A stretch of 63,920 bases of DNA, the filler included, from Octopus bimaculoides (lineage: Eukaryota), in assembly GCF_001194135.2 (NCBI RefSeq). It is 8 parts of 8 records of this genome, joined end to end, with 100 filler letters (N's around TTAATTAATTAA, not from the genome) between each part and the next. Parts side by side here need not be neighbours in the genome. Positions count along the whole stretch, not along the records: positions 53,392 to 56,455 come from NC_068991.1; positions 56,556 to 59,548 come from NW_026331936.1; positions 59,649 to 61,596 come from NW_026404691.1; positions 61,697 to 63,920 come from NW_026345151.1; 4 more parts are not named here. One strand, given 5' to 3'. Positions 53,292-63,920 of this stretch are shown piece after piece. Both the position numbers and the translations under genes were made by a program. Under the pieces are notes generated by a model. It was given only the letters and a program-made list of their open reading frames with translations. It was not told the DNA's origin and did no database searches. Within the stretch, counting starts at the first letter, position 1, and every line of letters starts with the position of its first letter.

Positions 53292-53669
53292 NNNNNNNNN
53301 NNNNNNNNNNNNNNNNNNNNNNNNNNNNNNNNNNNTTAATTAATTAANNNNNNNNNNNNNNNNNNNNNNNNNNNNNNNNNNNNNNNNNNNNCCCCGAAAG
53401 AAATTTTCTCCACAAATTTCTTTATAATCGTAATCTATGCTGTTTGAAAGGTATGTATATAAAATTTCATTCAAAGATATCCATTTTCCTTTCAATTGTA
53501 GGAAAGAATTTTGAATACTCCGCTGTTAGCCCCACATTTTTTATCGCTGTTTCAGGAGACGTGTAGCATTCCCTTTTAAACTCTTTCGCAGAGCTTACTA
53601 ATTTGAACTTCCATATGAGTGGTCCTACTCATACTACAAAACATTTTATTTCCACGAGTGGTGCACCGT

Positions 53670-54970
53670 TTTTTTTTTTTCGCGTCTGTGTTGTCTTCCT
53701 CCGGATAAATTAAAGGCAGCAAAGGCTGAGTTTGATCATTTGTTACAGCTGGGAATTATTCGTCCTTCCACAAGTCCTTGGGCCTATTCTTTGCATATGG
53801 TTCCTAAAGGTTCTGGAGATTGGAGACCGACAGGGGATTTTAGAAGGTTATATTCCATGACAGTCCGTGATAGATACCCTATTTCTCTTCTGCATGATTT
53901 TTCATCTTTGCATGGATGTAGTGTATTTTCTATGCTCGATTTGGTGCGAGCGTATCATCAGATTCCAGTCAACCCGGAGGATATTCCGAAAACTGCAATA
54001 ACAACGCCATTTGGCTCTTTTGAAATTGTTGTATTTCTGGATTTAATGATTAATATAAGAACTGGGGAGAGGTGGCCGAGCCGTTATATCTCATCCAATT
54101 CTTATAAAATCTTAACCATGCCATTTGGCCTCCGAAATGCTGCCAGTACATTTCAACAGGTCATAGACTGTCATTCGTGGACTGGATTTCGTCTATGCTT
54201 ATATTGATGATCTGATGGCCAGATCTTCTGCTGAAGAGCATGTTCATAATTTAAAGATGCTTTTCCAGCGCCTTCAGGATTATAAAGTGCAACTTAACCC
54301 TGCTAAATATGTTTTTGGCTTTTCTCCTCTTGTGTTTCTCAGTCACCTTATTGACAGTGAGGGCGTTCGACCTATTCCTGAGAAAGTGCAGGCTTTTGAA
54401 GACTTCTTCCTTCTCTTCATCAGCTGCATCATTTCATCGGCCTATTGAATTTTTATAGATGCTTTATTCTTCACTGTACTGCTGTCTCCTCTTAATGAAG
54501 TGTTAAAGAATCGTCGAAAGAAAAATGAGGATATTGTATTGACTTTGACTCAGGTGAAATCTCAATTCTGCAAAAGATGAACTTGCTAAATCGTCCCTCT
54601 TATCGCACCATGTCTCCGATACAAAGCATTCGCTTGTGGTTGATGCATCAGACACTGCTGTAGGTGCAGTTTTAAAGACGTTTCATTTAGGACAGCTACA
54701 ACATATTGCATTTTTCTCCCGGAAGTTGAAACCTGCCGAGACACGATACAATATGTTTGAACGTGAGCTGTTGGCCATTTACCTCGCCATAAAACATTTT
54801 GGCATATTCTTGTGGGAAGAAATTTCACGTTCTACACAGATCATAAGCCTCTTACTTTTGCCTTACGATCAAAGCCAGAAAAATATTCACCGATTTCATC
54901 CCTCAGTTTTCAACTGATATACAGCATATCTCAAGTCCCTGCAATACTGCGACAGATGTATTGTCTCACC
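53670..54970 (+). pseudogene. Degenerate Ty3/Gypsy pol (RT and RNase H)
   Basis: [56 protein letters not shown] and VDASDTAVGAVL...AFFSRKL..AE.RY..FERELLAIYLAIKHF. Multiple stops and frameshifts. Confidence 0.92.
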
Positions 54971-55464
54971 TGCCTATAAATTCTTTGTCGTCTGCTTCGG
55001 AAATCGAATTTACTGCTTTATTGCCTGACACCTTGTACATACGGATATCATCTTATGCTCATTGCGCTCTTGTCAGACACAGCTTGCCTCTGTTGGACCC
55101 ATGGTTGGTCAAGTAATTGATAGAAAAGGTTGTTTGTCTGTTACAATGTGCCTGCATGCAATTCTGTTGTCCTTGCTAATTTTAGCAAATGTGCATGAAA
55201 ATAGTGCCAAACACATCTTTAATTTGTTTCCTGCGGCTACTATCAGCTTGCATTATATTTATCAGGATATATACTTTCTGCCATTATGGATGTTATTTCT
55301 ATTTTGATATTGCAATGTTTATTCATGCTTATATGGTGTTGCATTTCCTTTTTCCTGCACTTGTATGCACATTTAGTTCTTGCTGTAAACACGTGTTTTT
55401 GCGAGACAATTGTTTTATACTCATTGTTTGTTTTACAATCGACTTTCAGTCTGCTGAGGTGTAA

Positions 55465-56068
55465 TGTTGTAAGTCATGATAATTTTTTTTTCTCTCACTG
55501 GAGCACGAGTTAGTTTGCGACAGATGCTGACTAGTTAAGGTTGGCGTTGCGCAAATTCAAAGAACAATTTTCGGCCAAGTCTAAAGCGTTTTCTAAAAGC
55601 TAAAAGTTGAGTTAGTTGCTGTGAAGACATTGAACCGTTAACAATGTACTGTCAAGCTTCTCATTTTGTCAGCTTCATCTGGAACCTGGAAGATAACTTG
55701 TTCCATTTCTTAGTCACTATGACTACTGAACTAAGTTTTTTTTAGCAAGTCAAAATCATTATGCCCACATCTTCACTTGGCATTCGTCTTTTTTAAGCCG
55801 CTATGAAGCTTATTATATCGTTTGAAATTGACTACTTCAACAAGACTAGTCCGGCTTTGTACTATGGGATTGATATCCAGTACCACATTAAAGAACCTGT
55901 AAAACTTAGTGCAACCGAATGTATTCATGTCTTGCTATGTTATTCCTGTCTGACTGAAGTTCTAAATTTTGATTGTTTACACACAGTGAATTTTCCTGTA
56001 TTACACGTTTGTTCGGCGTTGTTTTGAAACCGTAAATGAGTGTTTGCATTTTGAATTTGAATACAACC
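55465..56068 (+). mobile_element. Possible 3' LTR of the Gypsy relic
   Basis: TGTTGTA start after a purine-biased stretch and a TACAAC(C) end. No second LTR is available for comparison. Confidence 0.25.
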
Positions 56069-57807
56069 CATTACCTTCCGATTCTTTCTGTGTAGCATCT
56101 ATCAAACATCTATTTTGGAAAGACTTCCGCCCGACCCCCACCCATATTTTCTCCCAAATTTGTTTATTAAAAAATTTTTTTTTTCTCCGAAAACCCCCGT
56201 TTTCGGATACGGAGGTTCTGGAAATTTGCCAAAAATCGGCATTGTTAAATTCTCCGCCGCCTTTCACCCCAAAATTCTTCAATTTTGACTTTTTTTTTCC
56301 CTAACCGTAACCCTAACTACAGAAATGTTTTGAAATTTTTGTCCGAATCATAATGTTCGTATTTTTCCGCATATTTAAAAAAAATAATAAAAATTCTTAA
56401 AAAAAAATTTTACAAAAATTTTTGGAAATTTTTTTGAGAATCATAATCTCCATATNNNNNNNNNNNNNNNNNNNNNNNNNNNNNNNNNNNNNNNNNNNNT
56501 TAATTAATTAANNNNNNNNNNNNNNNNNNNNNNNNNNNNNNNNNNNNNNNNNNNNACTAATGATAATATCCCTGTAAATTATCAAACTGCTTCAGTGTAA
56601 CACGACTTCTCTTATTTGATGTGTTTGTGTAACACAGACATCATTACAGTAATTTCCTATTGGATGAGAGAGATTTTCTATATTTCTTTCAATATTGAAA
56701 GTGAGGCTGATAGCTTTTTTCTTTGTTCATCATACACACAATTGTGTGTGTGTGTGTGTGGAGGACATAGAGTTGTAACTAGCACACACCAGCATCTGGC
56801 TAACATCTCACCTCCCACTACATACAGCAACTGTCACACTATTATATCAGCAGTTACACAGGAACACCACCACCACTATAACAACAACAGCAGCAGCAGC
56901 AGTAACACAGGAACACTACTACTACAACAGCAGCAATACCACTATAATACCACTGCAGCAGTAGCAGTTAGAGTGGAACACTACAGCAGGATACACATCA
57001 TCCATCACACACAACTACAGTGAAGGATTAAACAATGCAGGTAAGTGTCTCTCTCTCTCTTTGTTTCTTATCTTTTTATATTCATTATAGCATTTGTTTA
57101 ATATGTGTTTCTAGTGAAAGACAGGGTAAGGATAACATCTAAAANNNNNNNNNNTCATTATAGCATTTGTTTAATATGTGTTTCTAATGAAAGACAGGGT
57201 AAGGATAACATCTAAAATGTCTGCCATGTTGTATATATGTACACAGGGATTGGGACAGTGGAGGATCGAGAGATCTAGCCATCACTTCCACCATTAACAA
57301 CAACAAGAACTGCAGTAGTCATTGTAATACAATTACTTTGAACTCGATTACGTCTTTTAATGTCAGAATCACACAAGACAACATTATACAAGATAAATCA
57401 TGCATTGCTATGATATATTTTATATTAAGTTTTGATGTTATATAGTCCAAATGGGGTATATCATCATCATCATCATCATCATCGTCGTTTAACGTCCGCT
57501 TTCCATGCTAGCATGGGTTGGACGATTTGACTGAGGACTGGTGAAACCAGATGGCAACACCAGGCTCCAATCCTATTTATTTATTTATTTATTTAATTAT
57601 CAGAAAACATCGAGTGATATCTAATAAGACTAGGTATTAATAATGTATGTTAGTATAGTTTCTTTCTGTATTGTCATTATAATTCACTAATTTAACCTTA
57701 ATTTTTATTTAGGTTTAATGAACTCTAACAGATTACAAATATGCCTTTCTGTATTCCCTGTTAAATATCCATTATATATGTCTTTGTATACAAAAAATTA
57801 AAAAGTT

Positions 57808-57848
<41 letters not shown>

Positions 57849-58660
57849 CATCATTAAGAAGGTGGTGATAAATATAATTTAGTGTAGATTTGTTATTTAA
57901 GTTATTTTGTGTGAGATATAAACTGATGATATTGTCATGTGTTGTTAAAATATATTAACTCTGACAACAAGAGATGAATGTTGTAGATTTGTTGAAAATT
58001 TATCAAGAATAATATCATATTCCATCTACAAACTAACATACATTACATTATTATAGTTGTTATTTAATAACAAAACATTACAGAAATACATGTAGCAGTA
58101 TAATATAAAACCTACATATCATATCTGGTAAATAAGATTGAAAATATTTGTTTTGATGTATTCAGTTTAAAATTTCTATATATTACATGGAAATTATTAT
58201 GGGTTTGTTTCTGGGGTTTTTTTTTTAACATCTAATATTTTATTATGTCCATCTTTGTTTTATTAAAGGTATATTGTAAAATGTTTTTGTGTAATTTTAT
58301 AAATTATTCTTTGTTTCATATTAATGTTACTGTGTTCATTTCAATATCAAAAAATGTATCATGAAAAATGTTTTCCACACCCTACAACAAAGTACTTTAA
58401 GCTCTGTCAGTGTTTGAAATAATGAAACTAATCTCAGCTCTTTTAGAAAAATATTTCTTTCCTTCTTCAGATTCCAACCCACTCAATACTTTCACTAACA
58501 CAAACCTTGAACCATATTATTGGTGCTCCAGCCACTCTTGAACATTCACCATCTACCATTTTTTATTCCCTATGCACATCTTTTCCTTTGATTTACTGTT
58601 AGCAAAAAACTGGAACAATTTTTTTCACTCGGTGTCTTCTTCATATGCTATTAAACAGTC

Positions 58661-58709
<49 letters not shown>

Positions 58710-58804
58710 GTTTAATGTCCGCTTTCCATGCTAGCATAGGTTACACATACATATTGTGTGTGTGTGTGTGTGTATATATATGTGTGTGTGTGTGTGTGTG
58801 TATG

Positions 58805-58848
<44 letters not shown>

Positions 58849-58861
58849 CATTATATACATA

Positions 58862-59549
58862 CAAGGTGGTATTAAATAGTTCCTGGACTAATTTTGTTGT
58901 GCGCCAACAGATGGCAGTACACAGTTGCGTGTGCAGTGAGGGCTAGCAGTGGCCTTTATGAGGCTGTGTGGTGAGTAACATCACTGTGTTTACTTCACAA
59001 GTTGTTAAATTTGTGTTTTTGTGATCACGTGTATGCTGTAGTCTGCGATTTTTTTATAGACAGGTAGTTGGAACAAAAAGTCATTGTGAAATTTTGCATT
59101 AAACTTGGGAAGTCTGCTACAGAGACATTGAGCATGCTTCTGCAAGCTTATGGCAATGAGGCAATGGGCCATATGCAATATTTCAAGTAGCACAGGTGCT
59201 TTAAAAGTCGAAGAATATCCCTGAAAGCGAATGAGCACTCTGGAAGACCAGTCACGGGCATTATCCATGGGAATGTGGAGAACATTCATTAGTCTGTGCA
59301 TGAGGGTTGTTGGAGAACAGTCAACAACATTGCTGATGTTGGTCTGTCGTATGGGTCCATGCAAGGAATCTTAATGTCTGAATTGAACATGCAACGTGTT
59401 TGTCCCCACCTGCTGACCACTGAGGAGAAAGAACTTCGCATTGACATCTGTTAAAATCTCTGTAAGCATGCCACTGATGACCCATCCATCATGTCAAGGA
59501 TCATAACCAGTGACAAGAGTTGGGTCTATAAGTACAACCCTGAGACAAN
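58862..59549 (+). pseudogene. Mariner transposon 5' half (HTH region to first catalytic Asp)
   Basis: EQKVIVKFCIKLGKSATETLSMLLQAYG...HSGRP...GLSYGS.Q.IL..ELNM.RV...PHLLT..EKE.R...RIITSDKSWVY.YNPET, with stops. TA|CAAGGTGGTATTAAATAGTTCC TIR. Confidence 0.88.
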
Positions 59550-60263
59550 NNNNNNNNNNNNNNNNNNNNNNNNNNNNNNNNNNNNNNNNNNNTTAATTAA
59601 TTAANNNNNNNNNNNNNNNNNNNNNNNNNNNNNNNNNNNNNNNNNNNNTATATATATATCTATAGGTGGATGGCTAGATAAATAGAAAGATAGAAAGATA
59701 GACAGATAGACAGACAGAAAGATAGATACATAAATAGACTGATAGAGAATATGACATTGGTGGTGCCCCTGCATGGCCATGACCTTTACACTGGAGGTCA
59801 CTACTATATATATTCATTTACTTGTTTCCGTCATTTGCCGGTGGCCATGCTGGAGCAGCACCTTCAGTCAAACACATCAACTCCAGAACTTATTCATTGT
59901 AAGCATCGTACTTATTCTGCCGGTCACTGTTGGCGAACCGCAAAGTTACAGGGATGTAAACACACCAACATCGGTTCTTAAGCAATGGTGAGTGGACAAC
60001 AACAGACACACGAATGCATACATATATAGAAGCTTCTTTCAGTTTCTGTTTACCATATCCACTCAGGGATCTGGTTGTCCTGAGGCTATATAGTATAAGA
60101 CACTGGCTGAAAGTGCTACTCAGTGGGACTGAACCTGTGACCGTGTGGTTGGGAAGCAAGCTTCTTACCACACAGGCATGATTGCACCTGTATGTGTATA
60201 TAAACAAACATCAGTCTATATAGATATATATACATATATCTATCTGTATCTATCTATCTATCA

Positions 60264-60306
<43 letters not shown>

Positions 60307-61334
60307 TCTATATGTGTATATATATACATTCATACATACATATATATANNNNNNNNNNNNNNNNNNNNNNNNNNNNNNNNNNNNNNNNNNNNNNNNNNNN
60401 NNNNNNNNNNNNNNNNNNNNNNNNNNNNNNNNNNNNNNNNNNNNNNNNNNNNNNNNNNNNNNNNNNNNNNNNNNNNNNNNNNNNNNNNNNNNNNNNNNNN
60501 NNNNNNNNNNNNNNNNNNNNNNNNNNNNNNNNNNNNNNNNNNNNNNNNNNNNNNNNNNNNNNNNNNNNNNNNNNNNNNNNNNNNNNNNNNNNNNNNNNNN
60601 NNNNNNNNNNNNNNNNNNNNNNNNNNNNNNNNNNNNNNNNNNNNNNNNNNNNNNNNNNNNNNNNNNNNNNNNNNNNNNNNNNNNNNNNNNNNNNNNNNNN
60701 NNNNNNNNNNNNNNNNNNNNNNNNNNNNNNNNNNNNNNNNNNNNNNNNNNNNNNNNNNNNNNNNNNNNNNNNNNNNNNNNNNNNNNNNNNNNNNNNNNNN
60801 NNNNNNNNNNNNNNNNNNNNNNNNNNNNNNNNNNNNNNNNNNNNNNNNNNNNNNNNNNNNNNNNNNNNNNNNNNNNNNNNNNNNNNNNNNNNNNNNNNNN
60901 NNNNNNNNNNNNNNNNNNNNNNNNNNNNNNNNNNNNNNNNNNNNNNNNNNNNNNNNNNNNNNNNNNNNNNNNNNNNNNNNNNNNNNNNNNNNNNNNNNNN
61001 NNNNNNNNNNNNNNNNNNNNNNNNNNNNNNNNNNNNNNNNNNNNNNNNNNNNNNNNNNNNNNNNNNNNNNNNNNNNNNNNNNNNNNNNNNNNNNNNNNNN
61101 NNNNNNNNNNNNNNNNNNNNNNNNNNNNNNNNNNNNNNNNNNNNNNNNNNNNNNNNNNNNNNNNNNNNNNNNNNNNNNNNNNNNNNNNNNNNNNNNNNNN
61201 NNNNNNNNNNNNNNNNNNNNNNNNNNNNNNNNNNNNNNNNNNNNNNNNNNNNNNNNNNNNNNNNNNNNNNNNNNNNNNNNNNNNNNTCAGAGTGATTATT
61301 TGAAGAGAGAGAGAGAGAGAGAGATAGAAGGAGA

Positions 61335-61421
61335 GAGAGAAAGAACAAGAGAGAGAAAGAACAAGAGAGAGAAAGAACAAGAGAGAGAAAGAACAAGAGA
61401 GAGAAAGAACAAGAGAGAGAA
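61335..61421. repeat. 16-bp minisatellite (AAAGAACAAGAGAGAG)n
   Basis: About 5 consecutive copies. Confidence 0.85.
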
Positions 61422-61751
61422 AGGAGGGAATGGGGTCGTTATACAAGAAAACAAAAACAATACACAAAGCAAGTGTGTGCAAGAAACATTGAGGATTGTC
61501 AAATCTGAAGACCAACAATACACAACAATCTACGCTGATTGTTTTGTGTGTGTGTGTGTGTGTGCATGTATGTATTAATGTATGTGTACTTATATANNNN
61601 NNNNNNNNNNNNNNNNNNNNNNNNNNNNNNNNNNNNNNNNTTAATTAATTAANNNNNNNNNNNNNNNNNNNNNNNNNNNNNNNNNNNNNNNNNNNNGTGC
61701 CACGCAGTAGGACTGAACCCGGAACCATGTGGCTGGTAAGCAAGCTTCTTA

Positions 61752-61980
61752 TTTCTTTATTGACCACAAGGGGCTAAACATAGACGGGACAAACAAGGGC
61801 AGACAAACGGATTAAGTCGATTAAATCGACCCCAGTGCGTAACTGGTACTTTATTTATCGACCCCGAAAGGATGAAAGGCAAAGTCGACCTCGGCGGAAT
61901 TCGAACTCAGAACGTAGCAGCAGACGAAATACTGCTAAGCATTTCGCCCGGCGTGCTAACGTTTCTGCCAGCTCGCCGCC
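61752..61980 (-). mobile_element. Full-length young tRNA-headed SINE (family B) with 15-bp TSD, inserted in a family A SINE head
   Basis: TAAGCAAGCTTCTTA is duplicated at 61737-61751 and 61981-61995. The head reads GGCGGCGAGCTGGCAG...GTTCGAATTCC (B-box). Confidence 0.85.
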
Positions 61981-62244
61981 TAAGCAAGCTTCTTACCACA
62001 CAGCCACGCCTGCGCCTATTTATTTATTTATTTATTTATTTATTTATTTTCAGTCTTTTTTATTTTTATTTTTCAGCCTTGACGTTTGTATTTCGCCAAC
62101 TCATCATCATGGACCAAGCATTGTGTACAAAAATTGTTTTTAAAAAATCAACACCACGATCCTTTATATCAGCTACTGAATGACATGTTCTTCTGTCCAC
62201 TCGTTGGACGAGCGTGACCACTGCTGGCAGGTATCAACTATGCC

Positions 62245-62987
62245 CAGCAGCGGCTCGTGTATAAGGCCCTGCGGAATTGCAGCATATTATTGATAACATT
62301 CAATATAATGAGCCCTTTTTTAAAAATTCTTTCCTTATACTTGTACATTACATAATCATTAATCTTAATGTCAATAGCCATCCCCCATTCAAGAAATTCA
62401 AAAATCCTTGTATAGAACTGTCCGCTTCACAGTTCCAGCGACACGGTGTTTGGCTGTTGTGCGCATGCTCCCATGTCCGAAATATGAAGCTGCACGCTAG
62501 GGAGAGAGAGAGAGAGAGAGCACTGTCATTCGCGCAATGCTAACCCTGCTGTGCTGGTGAAAGCTAGTGTTTCTTTTTGACTTCGCGTGTGTTGTGCTTA
62601 AAAACGTGTTTATATTCTTGAATGTGATAAAGTGTAGAATTTGATTATTATCCTGCTTCCAGGTACAGTGTTGCTGCCAGGATTTGAAAAATAAGGCAGA
62701 CCCCCCCCCCCNNNNNNNNNNNNNNNNNNNNNNNNNNNNNNNNNNNCACACACACACACGCCTTATTTTGAGATTTAGGGGAATTTTTTGAAAAACGAGG
62801 TGGAATTCATAGCGGTGTTCAGTGAACAAATTAAACACACTACCTAACAGTGGCTAAAACGCGTACCGATCAAGTTTATGTATAAATTTTCATTTTATCT
62901 GTTTGTTTCCTTTTACTCAATATTAAAACAACGGCTAAAATTTTCTGAAGCAGCACCCCAACTAATTTTATTTACGAGCCGCCACTG
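62245..62987. mobile_element. Non-autonomous hAT element with 8-bp TSD
   Basis: TIRs CAGCAGCGGCTCGTGTATAA and TTATTTACGAGCCGCCACTG. Flanks are ACTATGCC and GCTATGCC (7/8). Confidence 0.75.
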
Positions 62988-63143
62988 GCTATGCCCGTTC
63001 AAAGGTTTTAAGTCAAATATGACCGGCACCATACCATAAAACCTCTCACTTGAAAAACCGAGAAGCCCAGAGACAAGCAAAGTACAAGATATCCAGTTGA
63101 ATAGAGCGGTGCGTTTTATATACGAGTTAGCCTTCTCCTAGGA

Positions 63144-63390
63144 CAGTGTTACCTATGGACCCCTTAGATTCCTATTTTATTCGGATGGATCCTCCTAGAC
63201 ATTCGATGTTTAAAAAAAAATCATATTATATTTTCATAATTAAAAATAATTAGAAATTGCATAAAAATAATTGTTAAAATATTTTGTGAAATGTAGAAGT
63301 ATTACCAACTTGTTGCAGATAAAGTTTAGCAGCAAAATTTTATATGGACCCCACCCCAGGAGTCATATGGACTCCGTTTGAGAATCATTG
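63144..63390. mobile_element. hAT-Charlie-like MITE
   Basis: CAGTGTT...TTTGAGAATCATTG termini. Flanks TCCTAGGA and ACCTAGAA fit the nnCTAGnn-type target. Confidence 0.5.
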
Positions 63391-63920
63391 ACCTAGAAGG
63401 ATGCCTTTAAAATGACCAGGGTTCATTCACTCTCAATGGGCTTACTGCGCCTTCCGACTTCAGCCGGAGTATTTCTACGTCCCGTTGCTCATACGCCAGT
63501 TAACCCAAAGCTGGGATCCTGACAGGGGCTACTGCTCCAGACCGGAGTAGAACTGGGAACAATAATGGCTAAGGGGTGATTACACACTGCTTGAAACCTT
63601 GCAAATTCTGAACAAGAGCTCCACCACCAGATGCCGTTTAAATCGTAGCCAGGACATGTATACGTACACACAGACATACGTAGAATACAGTGCAATACTA
63701 TCAGTACACATTACAAATACAATCTGTAAGCGGAAGAGTAGAAATATACAAGACATCTCTCAAGTTCAAAACGGGATATTGCTTTTGTTATCTAAATGGA
63801 GCTTTGTACCTTTGTTGGAAACCAGATCCTTCTTTACAAGAAGACATCATATGATTAAAAACAGAAGAATACGAACAAGCATACATACATTTCTATATTC
63901 ACATGTATATATGTATGTGT

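Noticed and set aside
56070-56455. Homopolymer-rich segment at a contig end (also 53392-53660)
   Set aside because: Looks like low-quality contig-end sequence, and no element boundaries can be defined.
57082-57217. 63-bp direct repeat flanking a 10-N gap
   Set aside because: Near-identical copies (one SNP) on either side of a minimal gap indicate an unmerged allelic overlap, i.e. an assembly artefact.

Overview
AT-rich eukaryotic genomic DNA that is dense in microsatellites and transposon debris, with many N-gaps and seven 100-bp scaffold joins marked by an artificial TTAATTAATTAA linker. The repeat landscape (tRNA-derived SINEs with a CORE-like block, RTE LINE tails, mariner/hAT/Helentron relics, TA/CA/ATG microsatellites) suggests an octopus or other coleoid cephalopod; this is an inference. 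Nearly all ORFs in the track are microsatellite or gap artefacts. The one host gene I can recognise is a probable Warts/LATS (Hippo pathway) kinase. It is represented by two phase-compatible + strand exons (49008-49107 and 52920-53291, the latter cut by a gap), and its UBA and kinase domains are not visible. A few other candidate exons are unassigned. The most unusual signal is a set of hammerhead-ribozyme-like motifs. Two minimal type-I hammerheads lie in opposite orientation inside a ~270-bp palindrome (17082-17348). One sits at the apex of a ~55-bp stem in a rearranged element (9505-9983), one lies in a ~306-bp tandem unit (37799-38187), and one decayed copy is at ~23650. They point to Penelope-like or retrozyme-type elements. 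Also notable are a MITE with a TTAGGG core, a ~150-185-bp degenerate tandem array carrying the palindrome ATGGCNGCCAT, and an in-frame hairpin insertion in a Gypsy RT relic.
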